Assembly (NCBI GenBank): GCA_041651395.1
Contig: JBAZJI010000001.1
Coordinates: 443,920-507,919 of the forward strand
Length of the DNA stretch: 64,000 nucleotides
Origin: Minisyncoccota bacterium
Lineage (GTDB): Bacteria > Patescibacteriota > Minisyncoccia > Minisyncoccales > JAGOPM01
Reading direction: 5' to 3'
A model generated the notes under the pieces. It had not been told where the DNA came from and searched no databases. It was given only the letters and a program-made list of their open reading frames with translations. Each line of letters opens with the position of its first letter. The first letter of the stretch is position 1. This document shows, one piece after another, positions 27,197 to 36,826 of the stretch. Position numbers and translations under genes: made by a program.

Positions 27197-30100
27197 CTAT
27201 TTGAATTCTTGGCAGCTACCCGCATACGGGCACCATTTGTCCGTGGCTCTGGTAACCGTTAGATCTAAATATTTTTCTACTTGTTTTCTGCCTTGCAGGC
27301 AAGTGATATAGAAACGGACTGGGCTTTCCACTTCCCTCATACCAAACGGGGCCGAAGCATAAAAAGAGAAATCAAATTGCTGATAATTCACTGACATTTT
27401 CTTGGAAATCGGGAAAATAATTTTTTGCGGGTTGACCCCGGTTACCTCCGCCTCCACGGCCGCTCCTTTGGATTTGGCGCTGCCGCTAATAAATTTTAGA
27501 CCACTGGGCAAAATTCCCTCGATGGTCATCTTGCTGTCCCTATCGCAGCCAAATGCCTTAGCTAAGGCGCTCGAACCATCGTCAGGGTTAAAATAGGGCA
27601 GATTTCCGTTATTCTGGAAGTATCCAAGCCTTTCCATAATACCCTTGCCCGCTGCTTTAGCTACGGCTTTATCTTTGATGTCGCGGGCATCCTCACTCCA
27701 TTTGGACGTTTCTTCAAAGATATCAAATTTGCGTTCTTGGCTCGGATCGGTTTCGTAAATATACCATGCCGCATACATATCAATTTTATCCTTCTGGGCG
27801 GCTCGGGCCTCCCGAATTGCTGCTGAGACGCACTGGTCAGACATAAAATTAGCCGTGGTCAGCGAGCCGTGACAAACGGCCTTAGCCACACTATTACGCG
27901 TTTCGCTATCCGTATAGCCACCATCCTCAGTGGGCAGGCCCTCAGAAAGAATGAGCATGACTTTTACATCACCGGCGCGTCCGGCAGTTATCAAGGCTTG
28001 ATGAGCCATATTAATCGCTCTGGCCAAATTGGTTGTCCCGCCGTAAGAAAGCGAATCCACAGCCGAATTCCAAGTATTGATATTCTGGGTAAAGGCTAAA
28101 GGAATACCATTATTAGTCATCTTTAACTTGGCCGTACCATGGCTAGCCTCGATGATGCCGATATTATCCTTACCGCTCTCTGTATTTATTTGGCCATATA
28201 ACCCTTTAATAACCCGCTGATATTGCTCCAAAAATTTTTCGCGATCCGGGGCATTGACCGGGACATTCATGGATTCAGAAAGATCGGCCACAATCATCAC
28301 ATAGCGAGAAATGTCAAAATCTTCAGCTTTTAAGTTGCTACCGCGAGTTAGTTCGCCGCTAAATTGATAGCAACCGCAATATTCCTCCAAGGGCAAAAGA
28401 ATTGTCTGGTTTTCCGATATCTTGTCGAGCTGGCCACCTTGGGAGGTCGCCATATATTCCAAAGTAATATCGAATTTTTTATCCTTATCCAAATCCATGC
28501 TGGCCTTATCCAAAGAAAATTTGATGTTAAATGGTTGCGTTTCGCCAAATTTCATCTCCTTATTAAAGGCAACCGCATAGCTGACCGTCCCGTCGGGCGA
28601 CTCACCGGCCTTCCGCGCCCCGGCTACCACTACTTTTTTAGGCGCTCTTACAACCACACTTAAAGAACTGCAACCTTCGTTAAATTTGCACATGATAGCG
28701 CCCTTAAAATATGTATAAGCAAATTTTCCTTGCGTGCCGCATTCGGTGCAAAAATCCGCCTTAACTTCCACGCGCGGCGGAGGCGGACGGCGGCAAACCG
28801 CAAACGTTTGCGGGCTAGGTAAGCTCTGGGCTGCAGGCTCAGCCATAGAGGAAGCTGTAACCACATCTTTCCCGGCAAAAACCGAAGCCTTAATATTAAA
28901 TAATGCTGCGTTATTTTTCAGTGAAGACTCTGCAATCAGCTTCTCGAGATTTTCGTGGTCCACCTGCCACTTGAGGTTGACATATTCGGTTTCCCCGGCG
29001 GCCAGCAAAGGTATGGAAAAGCGCAAATTGCCCGGCTTAATCTCGGAAAATTCCACTTTATTGGCCGCGCTTTCAAAACCGGCATAGCGAACCAAATATT
29101 TTGGCGAGTATGTCACGTTTACGCTAACGTCTTGGCAATTTAATTGCCCTTCACATTTAAGAGCGATGCTGCTTGTGCCGATATAATTTACTGAACCGGG
29201 ATTATAACAATCAAATTCCGTTTTAATGCTGGGGATTATATTTATCTTAGGTAATTCACCCTTAGGCGGCTCTTTGCACTCTTCGGGAATGGGCATGGCA
29301 AAAGTGACATTTTCTATCTTGCCATACTGCTTCGTATAGCCATTGGTATAATGTAATTGAGCCTTGGCCGTGCCCGACTGAGGTAAACTTCCCGAATAGT
29401 TCAAATTGGCATCAAATTCGATGGTCTTAGATTCTCCGGGTACCATATCGCCCAAGGAAAAACGCACCCCGTTCATGCCATCAAAAGAATTGTCATAAAC
29501 CGCCCCTCCGCTTTGCAGACTGCTTGAATACTTAAAAGTTTTGGCAATATAAGAGGCGTAAACCGGAAACTTATCGGAAAGATAAACGTCTTGGCATTTG
29601 AATTGCGGATAATTGCCGATACAGGTTACCTTGAAAGTTAAATGAGCGGCACACTTGGTGGGCACAATATTACGTTCAATGGCAATATCCAAGCCACCCT
29701 CTTTTTTGTCCTCGGGTTTTACGCACATCGAGGCCTTATTCATTCCTAAATCAAATTCCCGCTTATAACCGCTGGAATCGACGAAACGGTAAAGGCTCTT
29801 GGGAAAATCCACGAGATTACCCGGATTACTCACTTTGTAATCCTTATCGAAAATGACTTGAAAATTCATGGTTTCCCCTGCGGTCATATTCCCGGTATTC
29901 CATTTAACAACGGAATTATTCTGCTCCATACCCAAAAGCTTGGCCTTACTCGGATAATTAACCGTGCTGAATTTATAATTACCCTTGGCATGCAATTCTA
30001 AAGAAGAATTATCGCAGACCGGCGGCGGAGAATTTTTTGACTTAGTAATTATTTTGTCAAAAATAGAATTAAGATCAGAGAGCGTCTCGGATTCAAAATA

Positions 30101-31240
30101 ATAATCATCGCCCTTGGCCATATCGCGTAAAAGTTGCCGGGCATTTTTGGCAGCCTCTTCGGGCACATTAACGGTCAAAACCCCTGCTTCAGTTTTTATC
30201 CGCAAGGTTTGGCCTTCGCTTGACTCGAGCTCTTGCAGGGCGTAACCCACGACATTGAGCTGAATATCATTCTTGGCCACAGCCGCCTTAGCCCGATCGC
30301 GAGAATCAACCACGCACTTATTATTGCCTGAAGGCGGGTTAGTTTTGGGAGAAGGATAAGATTCGTCGCACTCGCCCTTGGTGGAATTATTGGGCACACC
30401 GTCCGAAAGGAGAATCAAAACTTTTTTACTCCCCGATTTGGGATTAGCAGCAAAAAGATCCATGGCTTTTTTTAAGCCATCGGCAATATTGGTCGTGCGT
30501 TCTCCCGCTACTAAAGAAGAAATCGCGCCGCGGCTTTTAGGGAATTTAGCCGAGGCATCGAAGCCGCCCGAAACTATTTTCCCGGCATTACCAAAAGTAA
30601 CAATACCTACCCGATCGAATTTTGAATCAAATTTATCCATGGCCGCCAGCAAATGCTGCTTGGCATAATCAATGCGGCGCTTGCCGTTGGCCAAAGGTTG
30701 GCCCATAGTCCCGGAAATGTCTACCAGAAAAACCACATCAATATTATTACGGGTTATCTTTGTGGTATTAGGGCTGCTGCAAACTATGCCAAAACAAACC
30801 GCCGAACGCCCCGAAACATCTTCGTATTCTTTTTCGCCAGTATCTTCATTGGGCAAAATCACCCCACTATCACCCTGCGAAACTTCAAAAGCAGGAGATT
30901 GGTCTTCGGCCAAACCAGAACCGCCTGTTGCCTGCACCTGGCCAGCCTCAGTTGCCGGGGTACAGGCCGTGCGCACATCGTCGCCGTATTGTAAAAAAGT
31001 ATTGGCGACAAATTCGCCAAGCGCACTGCCCGAGGGCACGCGCAAAGGCCCAATTTTACTGGATTGCCCCTTGCTTAAAATATCCAATAAAATATCTTGC
31101 CCATCGCGAAAAATACTCTGGGTGGAAAAATATGTCCCCTCTTCATTGGTCTGATAAAAAATCTTTGGGCAGTCTTGCGCTTGGGCAAAGGGCGCAATAC
31201 AGAATAATACAAATGCGGCGGCAATAATTTCTTTTTTCAT
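27197..31240 (-). CDS. Giant secreted protein with two vWA (MIDAS) domains
   Basis: 1347 aa with a signal peptide ending FAQA-QD. The N-proximal vWA has VVFLVDISGTMG, VGIVTFGNAG, TTNIADGL, VLILLSDGVPN. The C-proximal vWA has VMIVADLSESMN, GGTTNLARAI, VMLILSEGLPT. The middle is long and beta-rich. Confidence 0.75.
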   Translation of the reverse strand: MKKEIIAAAFVLFCIAPFAQAQDCPKIFYQTNEEGTYFSTQSIFRDGQDILLDILSKGQSSKIGPLRVPSGSALGEFVANTFLQYGDDVRTACTPATEAGQVQATGGSGLAEDQSPAFEVSQGDSGVILPNEDTGEKEYEDVSGRSAVCFGIVCSSPNTTKITRNNIDVVFLVDISGTMGQPLANGKRRIDYAKQHLLAAMDKFDSKFDRVGIVTFGNAGKIVSGGFDASAKFPKSRGAISSLVAGERTTNIADGLKKAMDLFAANPKSGSKKVLILLSDGVPNNSTKGECDESYPSPKTNPPSGNNKCVVDSRDRAKAAVAKNDIQLNVVGYALQELESSEGQTLRIKTEAGVLTVNVPEEAAKNARQLLRDMAKGDDYYFESETLSDLNSIFDKIITKSKNSPPPVCDNSSLELHAKGNYKFSTVNYPSKAKLLGMEQNNSVVKWNTGNMTAGETMNFQVIFDKDYKVSNPGNLVDFPKSLYRFVDSSGYKREFDLGMNKASMCVKPEDKKEGGLDIAIERNIVPTKCAAHLTFKVTCIGNYPQFKCQDVYLSDKFPVYASYIAKTFKYSSSLQSGGAVYDNSFDGMNGVRFSLGDMVPGESKTIEFDANLNYSGSLPQSGTAKAQLHYTNGYTKQYGKIENVTFAMPIPEECKEPPKGELPKINIIPSIKTEFDCYNPGSVNYIGTSSIALKCEGQLNCQDVSVNVTYSPKYLVRYAGFESAANKVEFSEIKPGNLRFSIPLLAAGETEYVNLKWQVDHENLEKLIAESSLKNNAALFNIKASVFAGKDVVTASSMAEPAAQSLPSPQTFAVCRRPPPPRVEVKADFCTECGTQGKFAYTYFKGAIMCKFNEGCSSLSVVVRAPKKVVVAGARKAGESPDGTVSYAVAFNKEMKFGETQPFNIKFSLDKASMDLDKDKKFDITLEYMATSQGGQLDKISENQTILLPLEEYCGCYQFSGELTRGSNLKAEDFDISRYVMIVADLSESMNVPVNAPDREKFLEQYQRVIKGLYGQINTESGKDNIGIIEASHGTAKLKMTNNGIPLAFTQNINTWNSAVDSLSYGGTTNLARAINMAHQALITAGRAGDVKVMLILSEGLPTEDGGYTDSETRNSVAKAVCHGSLTTANFMSDQCVSAAIREARAAQKDKIDMYAAWYIYETDPSQERKFDIFEETSKWSEDARDIKDKAVAKAAGKGIMERLGYFQNNGNLPYFNPDDGSSALAKAFGCDRDSKMTIEGILPSGLKFISGSAKSKGAAVEAEVTGVNPQKIIFPISKKMSVNYQQFDFSFYASAPFGMREVESPVRFYITCLQGRKQVEKYLDLTVTRATDKWCPYAGSCQEFK

Positions 31241-31242
31241 AT

Positions 31243-32022
31243 TTAATTATGTAGATTTTTTGGATAATTTTTTATCTGCCCTAAAAACTTTCGATTAGCC
31301 CATTCCCAGAGATCTTTGGCAGAAAGGAATGCCCGATACGATTCATCCATTCCTTTCATTTTTTTGAACTCAATTTCTCCCATAGGTGCATTAAAATCGT
31401 GTTGGCAAAAATATTTCCCACCCGTAATCTTGATGTGCCCTTCTTTATCGCGGCGCTTGGCTCCGCAAATATCACAGACCTCATATTTGTCGAGGCGCAA
31501 TATCCAGCTGGCAGTCGCTTTTTGATCTTTGGCGGCGGCTTTATTGTGGGCATGGGCGTATGCCGCAGTTTGCAAACCGTATTCCTCCCAAATCCCGCTG
31601 CCCGTTTTTATATCGACTATTCCAACCTCCCCGTCTATTCGGGCCAAAATATCGGCCGTCCCGCAATAAAAATGCTCCTGATTGTCGATAATCTTTTTTT
31701 CCACGCCAATTACCTCAATCTCATGCTTGGCGCGCCACTTAACTAATTCCTGCATAATGGGCTTAAGCTTAGGATCGAATCCATCTTTACCCAGTAAAAA
31801 ATTTTCCGCGGCGTCATGCACCTTTATCCCATTTTCCGCGGCCAAGCGCATCGCCTCTTGCGCCGCGGTAAAATTTTTCTGTTGCGCATAATAACGCAAG
31901 AGTCCGGGTTTGGCGACAATCTGCAAAATCGAGGTAACCCGGGGCAACCAGAAATCTTCTATCTCATAACCGTGCTTAGCACGGAATTCCTTAAGCATTT
32001 TTCCTTCTTCCTTGTTAGTCAT
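31243..32022 (-). CDS. PD-(D/E)XK family nuclease (RecB/phage-exonuclease-like) with a zinc-ribbon insert
   Basis: 259 aa with no signal peptide. Motifs: LPRVTSIL, GIKVHDAAE, GTADILARIDGEVGIVDIKTG, QTAAYAHA, plus CDICG...CQH. Confidence 0.6.
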   Translation of the reverse strand: MTNKEEGKMLKEFRAKHGYEIEDFWLPRVTSILQIVAKPGLLRYYAQQKNFTAAQEAMRLAAENGIKVHDAAENFLLGKDGFDPKLKPIMQELVKWRAKHEIEVIGVEKKIIDNQEHFYCGTADILARIDGEVGIVDIKTGSGIWEEYGLQTAAYAHAHNKAAAKDQKATASWILRLDKYEVCDICGAKRRDKEGHIKITGGKYFCQHDFNAPMGEIEFKKMKGMDESYRAFLSAKDLWEWANRKFLGQIKNYPKNLHN

Positions 32023-32032
32023 CTTTCCTTTT

Positions 32033-35000
32033 TCATCTGACCGGCGGTCTTATGCCGATAAATTCATCCGGAGCATAAAGCGTTATATTGCAATTATCAA
32101 AACGTAATTTGCCATAACCGTTATCGCCCCAAGTAGTTCCCCAACTGTTTTTAATTATCCAATACCTATCTTTTTTATTGTAACCGACAACAATAATTCC
32201 ATGGTTTACCGATGAACTAAAATCCTTCTCACACTCAAAAACCCCGTCATCGCCAATCCTAAAGGCAGCCAAAATTTTTCCAACAAAAGGCCCGCGCTGG
32301 TCCAGAACTTTCATCATGTACTCGGTTGTAGCCGTAGAAGGGCCTAAATCCGGGCTAACAAACTGCGGAGTAGCTTTTGTGCCCCGGGTCTGCCAATCGG
32401 CGCATTGCGCTTTGGCAATCGCTTCCCCAAAAGGATATTTTTCCCCGGACATGCAAGCCTCGTCAACAATGCCATTACCCATAAGCGCCCACTCCTTAGT
32501 GGTCTGGTAGGGCGCAATACTGACGCCATCGGGCAAGGGAAATTTATCCGCCGAATAAAGCCAAATTTCCGAAAGGTCCAAATTTTTGCCCGCATCCCTT
32601 TGCTCGATTTTGTAGCGTGATTCGATGGTGCCGCAATAAGCATAGGCCCAACAATTACCAATGCCATCTTGATCTTTAACTGAAGTCAGCCAATTTTTCC
32701 CGTCTTTATCGCGCCAGTCCAGATCGTCTTTATTGGCACTGGAACGGAAATTTATTGTCGCAACCACCCCGCTTTCATCTTGGCCTTCGAATTTCCCATC
32801 AAAGTTCCTGTCCAAGCACCAATAATGGGTTTGGGCTTGCTCTGTTCTGGCAAACTCATAGGAAACTTGGCAAAATGCACTGCTGCCCAAATCACAACTG
32901 GCCAATTCAGGACCATTGCAGGAATCTTTTCTAACCGAAATTTTCATTTTCCGGCAATCATCAAATATTTCTATTATCCCGTCTTTGCCGATTGCCGAAA
33001 GCGCCCAATGCAGGCGAACATTCCCCGCGCTGGGTAAATAATCGTAATAAAGCACCTTTTTGTCGTTTTCCGATTTATAAGGTTGTGTGCTGTCGCTGCT
33101 CCAAAACAAAGTTTTTACCGGCGCAGTGCAATTATTAACCGGGAGCAATAATTTACTGGCATCAAAAATATAAGATTTCTCATCGCAGAAAATTTGGCGC
33201 ATTTCATCTTTGACGCAAGCGCGATAACCGTATTTTAGATCAAGGGGCTGGGCTTTGAGCTTGGCAATATTAATTTCAAACCAAAATTTTTCAGCCTTCG
33301 AGCGATAATCCAATGGCAAAGTCACACTATCATCCCAAACATATTCTACCCCACCCGTTTCCCCAGCCGCGGCTGACCATATTGCAAAACCGCCATAAAC
33401 TTCCGGATACTCGTCCAAATTATTGACTTGGCCGGTTAAATTAATCGCCTTGGACCCGTCAAAATGCACGGCAGTTTTAGCCTCGGCGCTAAGCGTTTCC
33501 ACAATGGGCGTAATCTTGGTTGTCAGGCCAAGCCAATCATTGGCACAATAATATTTCTCATCCTCCCAATATTGCTTGGCGCAAAGCCGCAACTTAAATT
33601 TCCCCTCCCGATTATTGGTTTTAATATTGGCAAAGCCCAGCCAAACTTTGATATCACCGGTGCCGGCCGTGTTTTTGAGAATACTGCTATTTTCGAAAGC
33701 CACGGCTTTATCGTCCGGATTAGCAGTGTTGTAATATTCGTAGCCCAAATAAAGCCGATTAAACTCCCTCCAATTATCCACAACTCCATCAATCTTATAT
33801 CCGGGATAACCGCCGCCCTGATACTTCAAAGCGACATTGCGGACTATGGGGGCTTTTATATCGGAAATCATAAAGCAATAATCTTCCTTGGCGCAAACCA
33901 CATATGTATCAGGTGTTCCCTCGAATAAAGGCGTGATGCAGGCCCGATAGCAAAACCTCGCCTCCCCCTTGCTTGGCTTGATGGGCGATAAGGGCTCCAT
34001 ATCCAAAGCATCCACAGTCGTATCTAGTTCGCGATAAGCAGTCTTCTCAGATACAAACACGCTTTGGTTGCGATAATCGAAACTTTGCCAAGTGAAAAAT
34101 GTTCTGAGGACCGGGAATTTGCCTGTGTTGGTAATGTGCCCTTGGGGCAAAATCGTTCCATCAACGAGCATTTTGGGCGGCAAATTAATGACATCAATAT
34201 CTTCTAAGCCTCGCACCCGCTCGCTGATAATCTCGCCGCAAACTTTATCTTTAGGGTCTTTAGTCGGCGAAGCACAGGCCGCGTAAGTTATATTTTCAAA
34301 ATTGTCAAAGGGTAAAAATGATTTGGAGTCGATTGTTTTCTTAAAGGCGACGTTTCTACCTTGATTAAGCGGTTTGTCGAGCCAAATAAAACTATCCTCG
34401 TCAATGGTAGCCCAGTCAATCCACGGCTCGTGGTGTGCGATATAAGTCAACTCCTTGCCAAACATGCCGATTTGGCCCGTGGGAATGTCTTCATGCACGG
34501 TTTCGGAATATTTTTCCGTATCGTAAATCGCAAAGCCCGCGTAAAGCTGCTTGGCGCCCCAAAAAGAATTCACCCGGCCGTTAAGATCAACTGTCTTTGC
34601 GGTGATATTGCTTGGGGCAAATGTTTGGACATAGGGCAAATCCGGAAAACAAAAATACGGCGAGGAAAAAATATCAGTTCCGGTTTGCCGGGCGTAAATC
34701 TTCACACAGGCTTTATCCCCCTTGTCCAAATAAATTCCCTTGGGCGAGAAGCTGACAATTTTTTTATTGGGCAAAATTTGGGTTCTTGAGGAAAAATACC
34801 CATTGACTGGTTCAATCTTTTGGCCATTGGCTTTCTTAATCGTCAAATCAAAACAATATTCCACGAAAGAATCGGCCTTATTCCCCGGGTAAAGACTGGC
34901 CGAAATTTGCAGGCTGCCGTCATTTTTATTGATTTTTGCATCCTCGATAATTGCCTTAGGGCTGGGGTAGAGCCCTTCCCGGTCCATATCGCGCATCATT

Positions 35001-35350
35001 TCGAAGCAGTAAGGTTTTTCCGAATCATTCAAATTAAAAACTTTGGCCTTAAGCGCATAACCGCTGCGCAGCAAAAAATTAGCGGCAAAAAACGTGAATC
35101 GCCCGTTGTATTTGACTCGGGAATTGCCGATTACAAAAGCCGCTTTGGTGCTGCCTTTGGGAAAAACTTCATAAGCCACGCTCACGCCCTGGTTATCAGC
35201 CAAACCGCTGACCGTGGCATTAATAAGCGTGCCATTATTTTTGGTTTGATAAGAATTAATCGTAACTGCGGGCGCCGCCAAAACCGGCAATGCAAAAAAA
35301 GCAGAACAGATTATGGCAAGAATAATATTTTTTTTGCCCATAATGCTCAT
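32033..35350 (-). CDS. Large secreted protein with a C-terminal papain-like (C1) cysteine peptidase domain
   Basis: 1105 aa with a signal peptide. C-terminal motifs: DWRDKDGKNWLTSVKDQDGIGNCWAYA (Cys), VNHGIIVVGY (His), WIIKNSWGTTWGDNGYG (Asn/Trp). Confidence 0.75.
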   Translation of the reverse strand: MSIMGKKNIILAIICSAFFALPVLAAPAVTINSYQTKNNGTLINATVSGLADNQGVSVAYEVFPKGSTKAAFVIGNSRVKYNGRFTFFAANFLLRSGYALKAKVFNLNDSEKPYCFEMMRDMDREGLYPSPKAIIEDAKINKNDGSLQISASLYPGNKADSFVEYCFDLTIKKANGQKIEPVNGYFSSRTQILPNKKIVSFSPKGIYLDKGDKACVKIYARQTGTDIFSSPYFCFPDLPYVQTFAPSNITAKTVDLNGRVNSFWGAKQLYAGFAIYDTEKYSETVHEDIPTGQIGMFGKELTYIAHHEPWIDWATIDEDSFIWLDKPLNQGRNVAFKKTIDSKSFLPFDNFENITYAACASPTKDPKDKVCGEIISERVRGLEDIDVINLPPKMLVDGTILPQGHITNTGKFPVLRTFFTWQSFDYRNQSVFVSEKTAYRELDTTVDALDMEPLSPIKPSKGEARFCYRACITPLFEGTPDTYVVCAKEDYCFMISDIKAPIVRNVALKYQGGGYPGYKIDGVVDNWREFNRLYLGYEYYNTANPDDKAVAFENSSILKNTAGTGDIKVWLGFANIKTNNREGKFKLRLCAKQYWEDEKYYCANDWLGLTTKITPIVETLSAEAKTAVHFDGSKAINLTGQVNNLDEYPEVYGGFAIWSAAAGETGGVEYVWDDSVTLPLDYRSKAEKFWFEINIAKLKAQPLDLKYGYRACVKDEMRQIFCDEKSYIFDASKLLLPVNNCTAPVKTLFWSSDSTQPYKSENDKKVLYYDYLPSAGNVRLHWALSAIGKDGIIEIFDDCRKMKISVRKDSCNGPELASCDLGSSAFCQVSYEFARTEQAQTHYWCLDRNFDGKFEGQDESGVVATINFRSSANKDDLDWRDKDGKNWLTSVKDQDGIGNCWAYAYCGTIESRYKIEQRDAGKNLDLSEIWLYSADKFPLPDGVSIAPYQTTKEWALMGNGIVDEACMSGEKYPFGEAIAKAQCADWQTRGTKATPQFVSPDLGPSTATTEYMMKVLDQRGPFVGKILAAFRIGDDGVFECEKDFSSSVNHGIIVVGYNKKDRYWIIKNSWGTTWGDNGYGKLRFDNCNITLYAPDEFIGIRPPVR

Positions 35351-35351
35351 A

Positions 35352-36812
35352 TTATTTGCAGTTTGTTAAAAATTGGATTGCTGCAATATTTTTAATCCCG
35401 CCGGGTTTGGAGGACCAATACGATTTGGCCAAATCATTGGCTGTTCCGGAATTTTTGCCGCTCCCGTTGGCCAAATTTAGTGTAAAATTAACTTTTTGGC
35501 CGCTCGCAATATTACCCACGGCTATGCCCAAAGAATTAAGCTGCGAATTATAGTTAACGGTATAAGGAGAGGCAACATTGCTGCCAAGATATGAAATGCC
35601 CGGGTTTAGCCGAAGGTAAGCAAAAACATCTTCACAATTTTTTGCAAGGGACTTTTCTTGGGCAAACATACTACTAAGCGTGATGGAAATTTTTGACAAA
35701 TCTTCCGATTCGGAAAAAGTAGCCGGCAAACTGGCCATATTCTTCATCAGGCTTTTGGCAAAAGCCCCGGCATTGGGTTTGATTTTATCAGTTTGGACAA
35801 AATTAAAACCAACAGTATAAATCTTGGCCGGGGATTTATCGGAAAATTTGGCGTAAAAGGCTTGATTTAGAGCATCTTTGGTGCAAGTATTAGCGCTCGT
35901 CGGATATGATTGCCAGTCCGGGCATTCACCCTTGGTGTAGGCATTAGCAACCCCATCAGAAACAAGCACAATAATATTGCGCTTAGAATTTGATGTTGAG
36001 CTTAAAGGCAGCGCTGAAAGTAAATTGCGGGCCTGCAAAATTCCATCAGCAATATTGGTTAATTTCTCATTAGCGGCAAAAGCCTCAAGGGTCGCGCCAG
36101 CCTTAGTATAATCGCTGCTCATACCCAAAAGAACCTTCCCCTTGGCGCCGAAGCCCACAAGCGCTACCCGATCAAAATTTTTATCCAAATTGGCCAACAA
36201 CCCTTTGATGGCTGCCTTGGCATTATTAAGTGGAGCTCCACGCATAGTGGCTGATTGGTCAAGCACAAAAACTATATTAAGCGCAGGCCGCCCATATTGG
36301 AGAGCTTCGCTAGGGCAAGAAAATTCAATATTGCCAGAAAAACGACAGCTCGCCGCAGGCTTGGCAAATGTTTTGGGCATTGGCTTAGCTATTAACGGCA
36401 AATAATTTTGTTTTCCGGTAGGGCGAAAACCATCATCTAAATTTGGAAAATATCCCGAGGCCCGCATCGTGGCTATCATTTCCGTTTTTTTGCCGGCAGC
36501 ATCCACACAGGCAAAACAATTTTTAGAAAATGCCGAACCGCAAAGCTTAGGGTCGGTGACAACTTGCTGCTTAAGGCCGTAAAGCTCGCAGTAATTATAC
36601 TTGGTGGAAATTTTGCCATTGACCAAACCCCAAGAATCGGCTTGGCTGCCGTCGGGCAGCGTGCAAACAGAATATTGGCCTGCCGTTGTAGTAATAACCT
36701 TTGAGGGGAAACCCATTTGCAGACAGTAGGCAGTCGAGGGGTTGTGCATGGCGCCCGCGCCCAGAGGTAAAAGTGCCGCTAAGGCAATTATTGCAAATAT
36801 TTTTTTAGACAT
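35352..36812 (-). CDS. Secreted DUF333-like plus vWA domain protein
   Basis: 486 aa with a signal peptide. The N-terminus NPSTAYCLQMGF..CTLPDGSQADSW is DUF333-like. The vWA has IVFVLDQSATMRG, VALVGFGAKG, LTNIADGI, IIVLVSDGVAN. Confidence 0.7.
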   Translation of the reverse strand: MSKKIFAIIALAALLPLGAGAMHNPSTAYCLQMGFPSKVITTTAGQYSVCTLPDGSQADSWGLVNGKISTKYNYCELYGLKQQVVTDPKLCGSAFSKNCFACVDAAGKKTEMIATMRASGYFPNLDDGFRPTGKQNYLPLIAKPMPKTFAKPAASCRFSGNIEFSCPSEALQYGRPALNIVFVLDQSATMRGAPLNNAKAAIKGLLANLDKNFDRVALVGFGAKGKVLLGMSSDYTKAGATLEAFAANEKLTNIADGILQARNLLSALPLSSTSNSKRNIIVLVSDGVANAYTKGECPDWQSYPTSANTCTKDALNQAFYAKFSDKSPAKIYTVGFNFVQTDKIKPNAGAFAKSLMKNMASLPATFSESEDLSKISITLSSMFAQEKSLAKNCEDVFAYLRLNPGISYLGSNVASPYTVNYNSQLNSLGIAVGNIASGQKVNFTLNLANGSGKNSGTANDLAKSYWSSKPGGIKNIAAIQFLTNCK

Positions 36813-36826
36813 ATTTTTGAAAATTT

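Noticed and set aside
31243-32022. Phage-type exonuclease as a sign of a prophage remnant
   Set aside because: There are no neighbouring phage structural, integrase or repressor genes and no flanking direct repeats. The gene is tightly packed within the operon.
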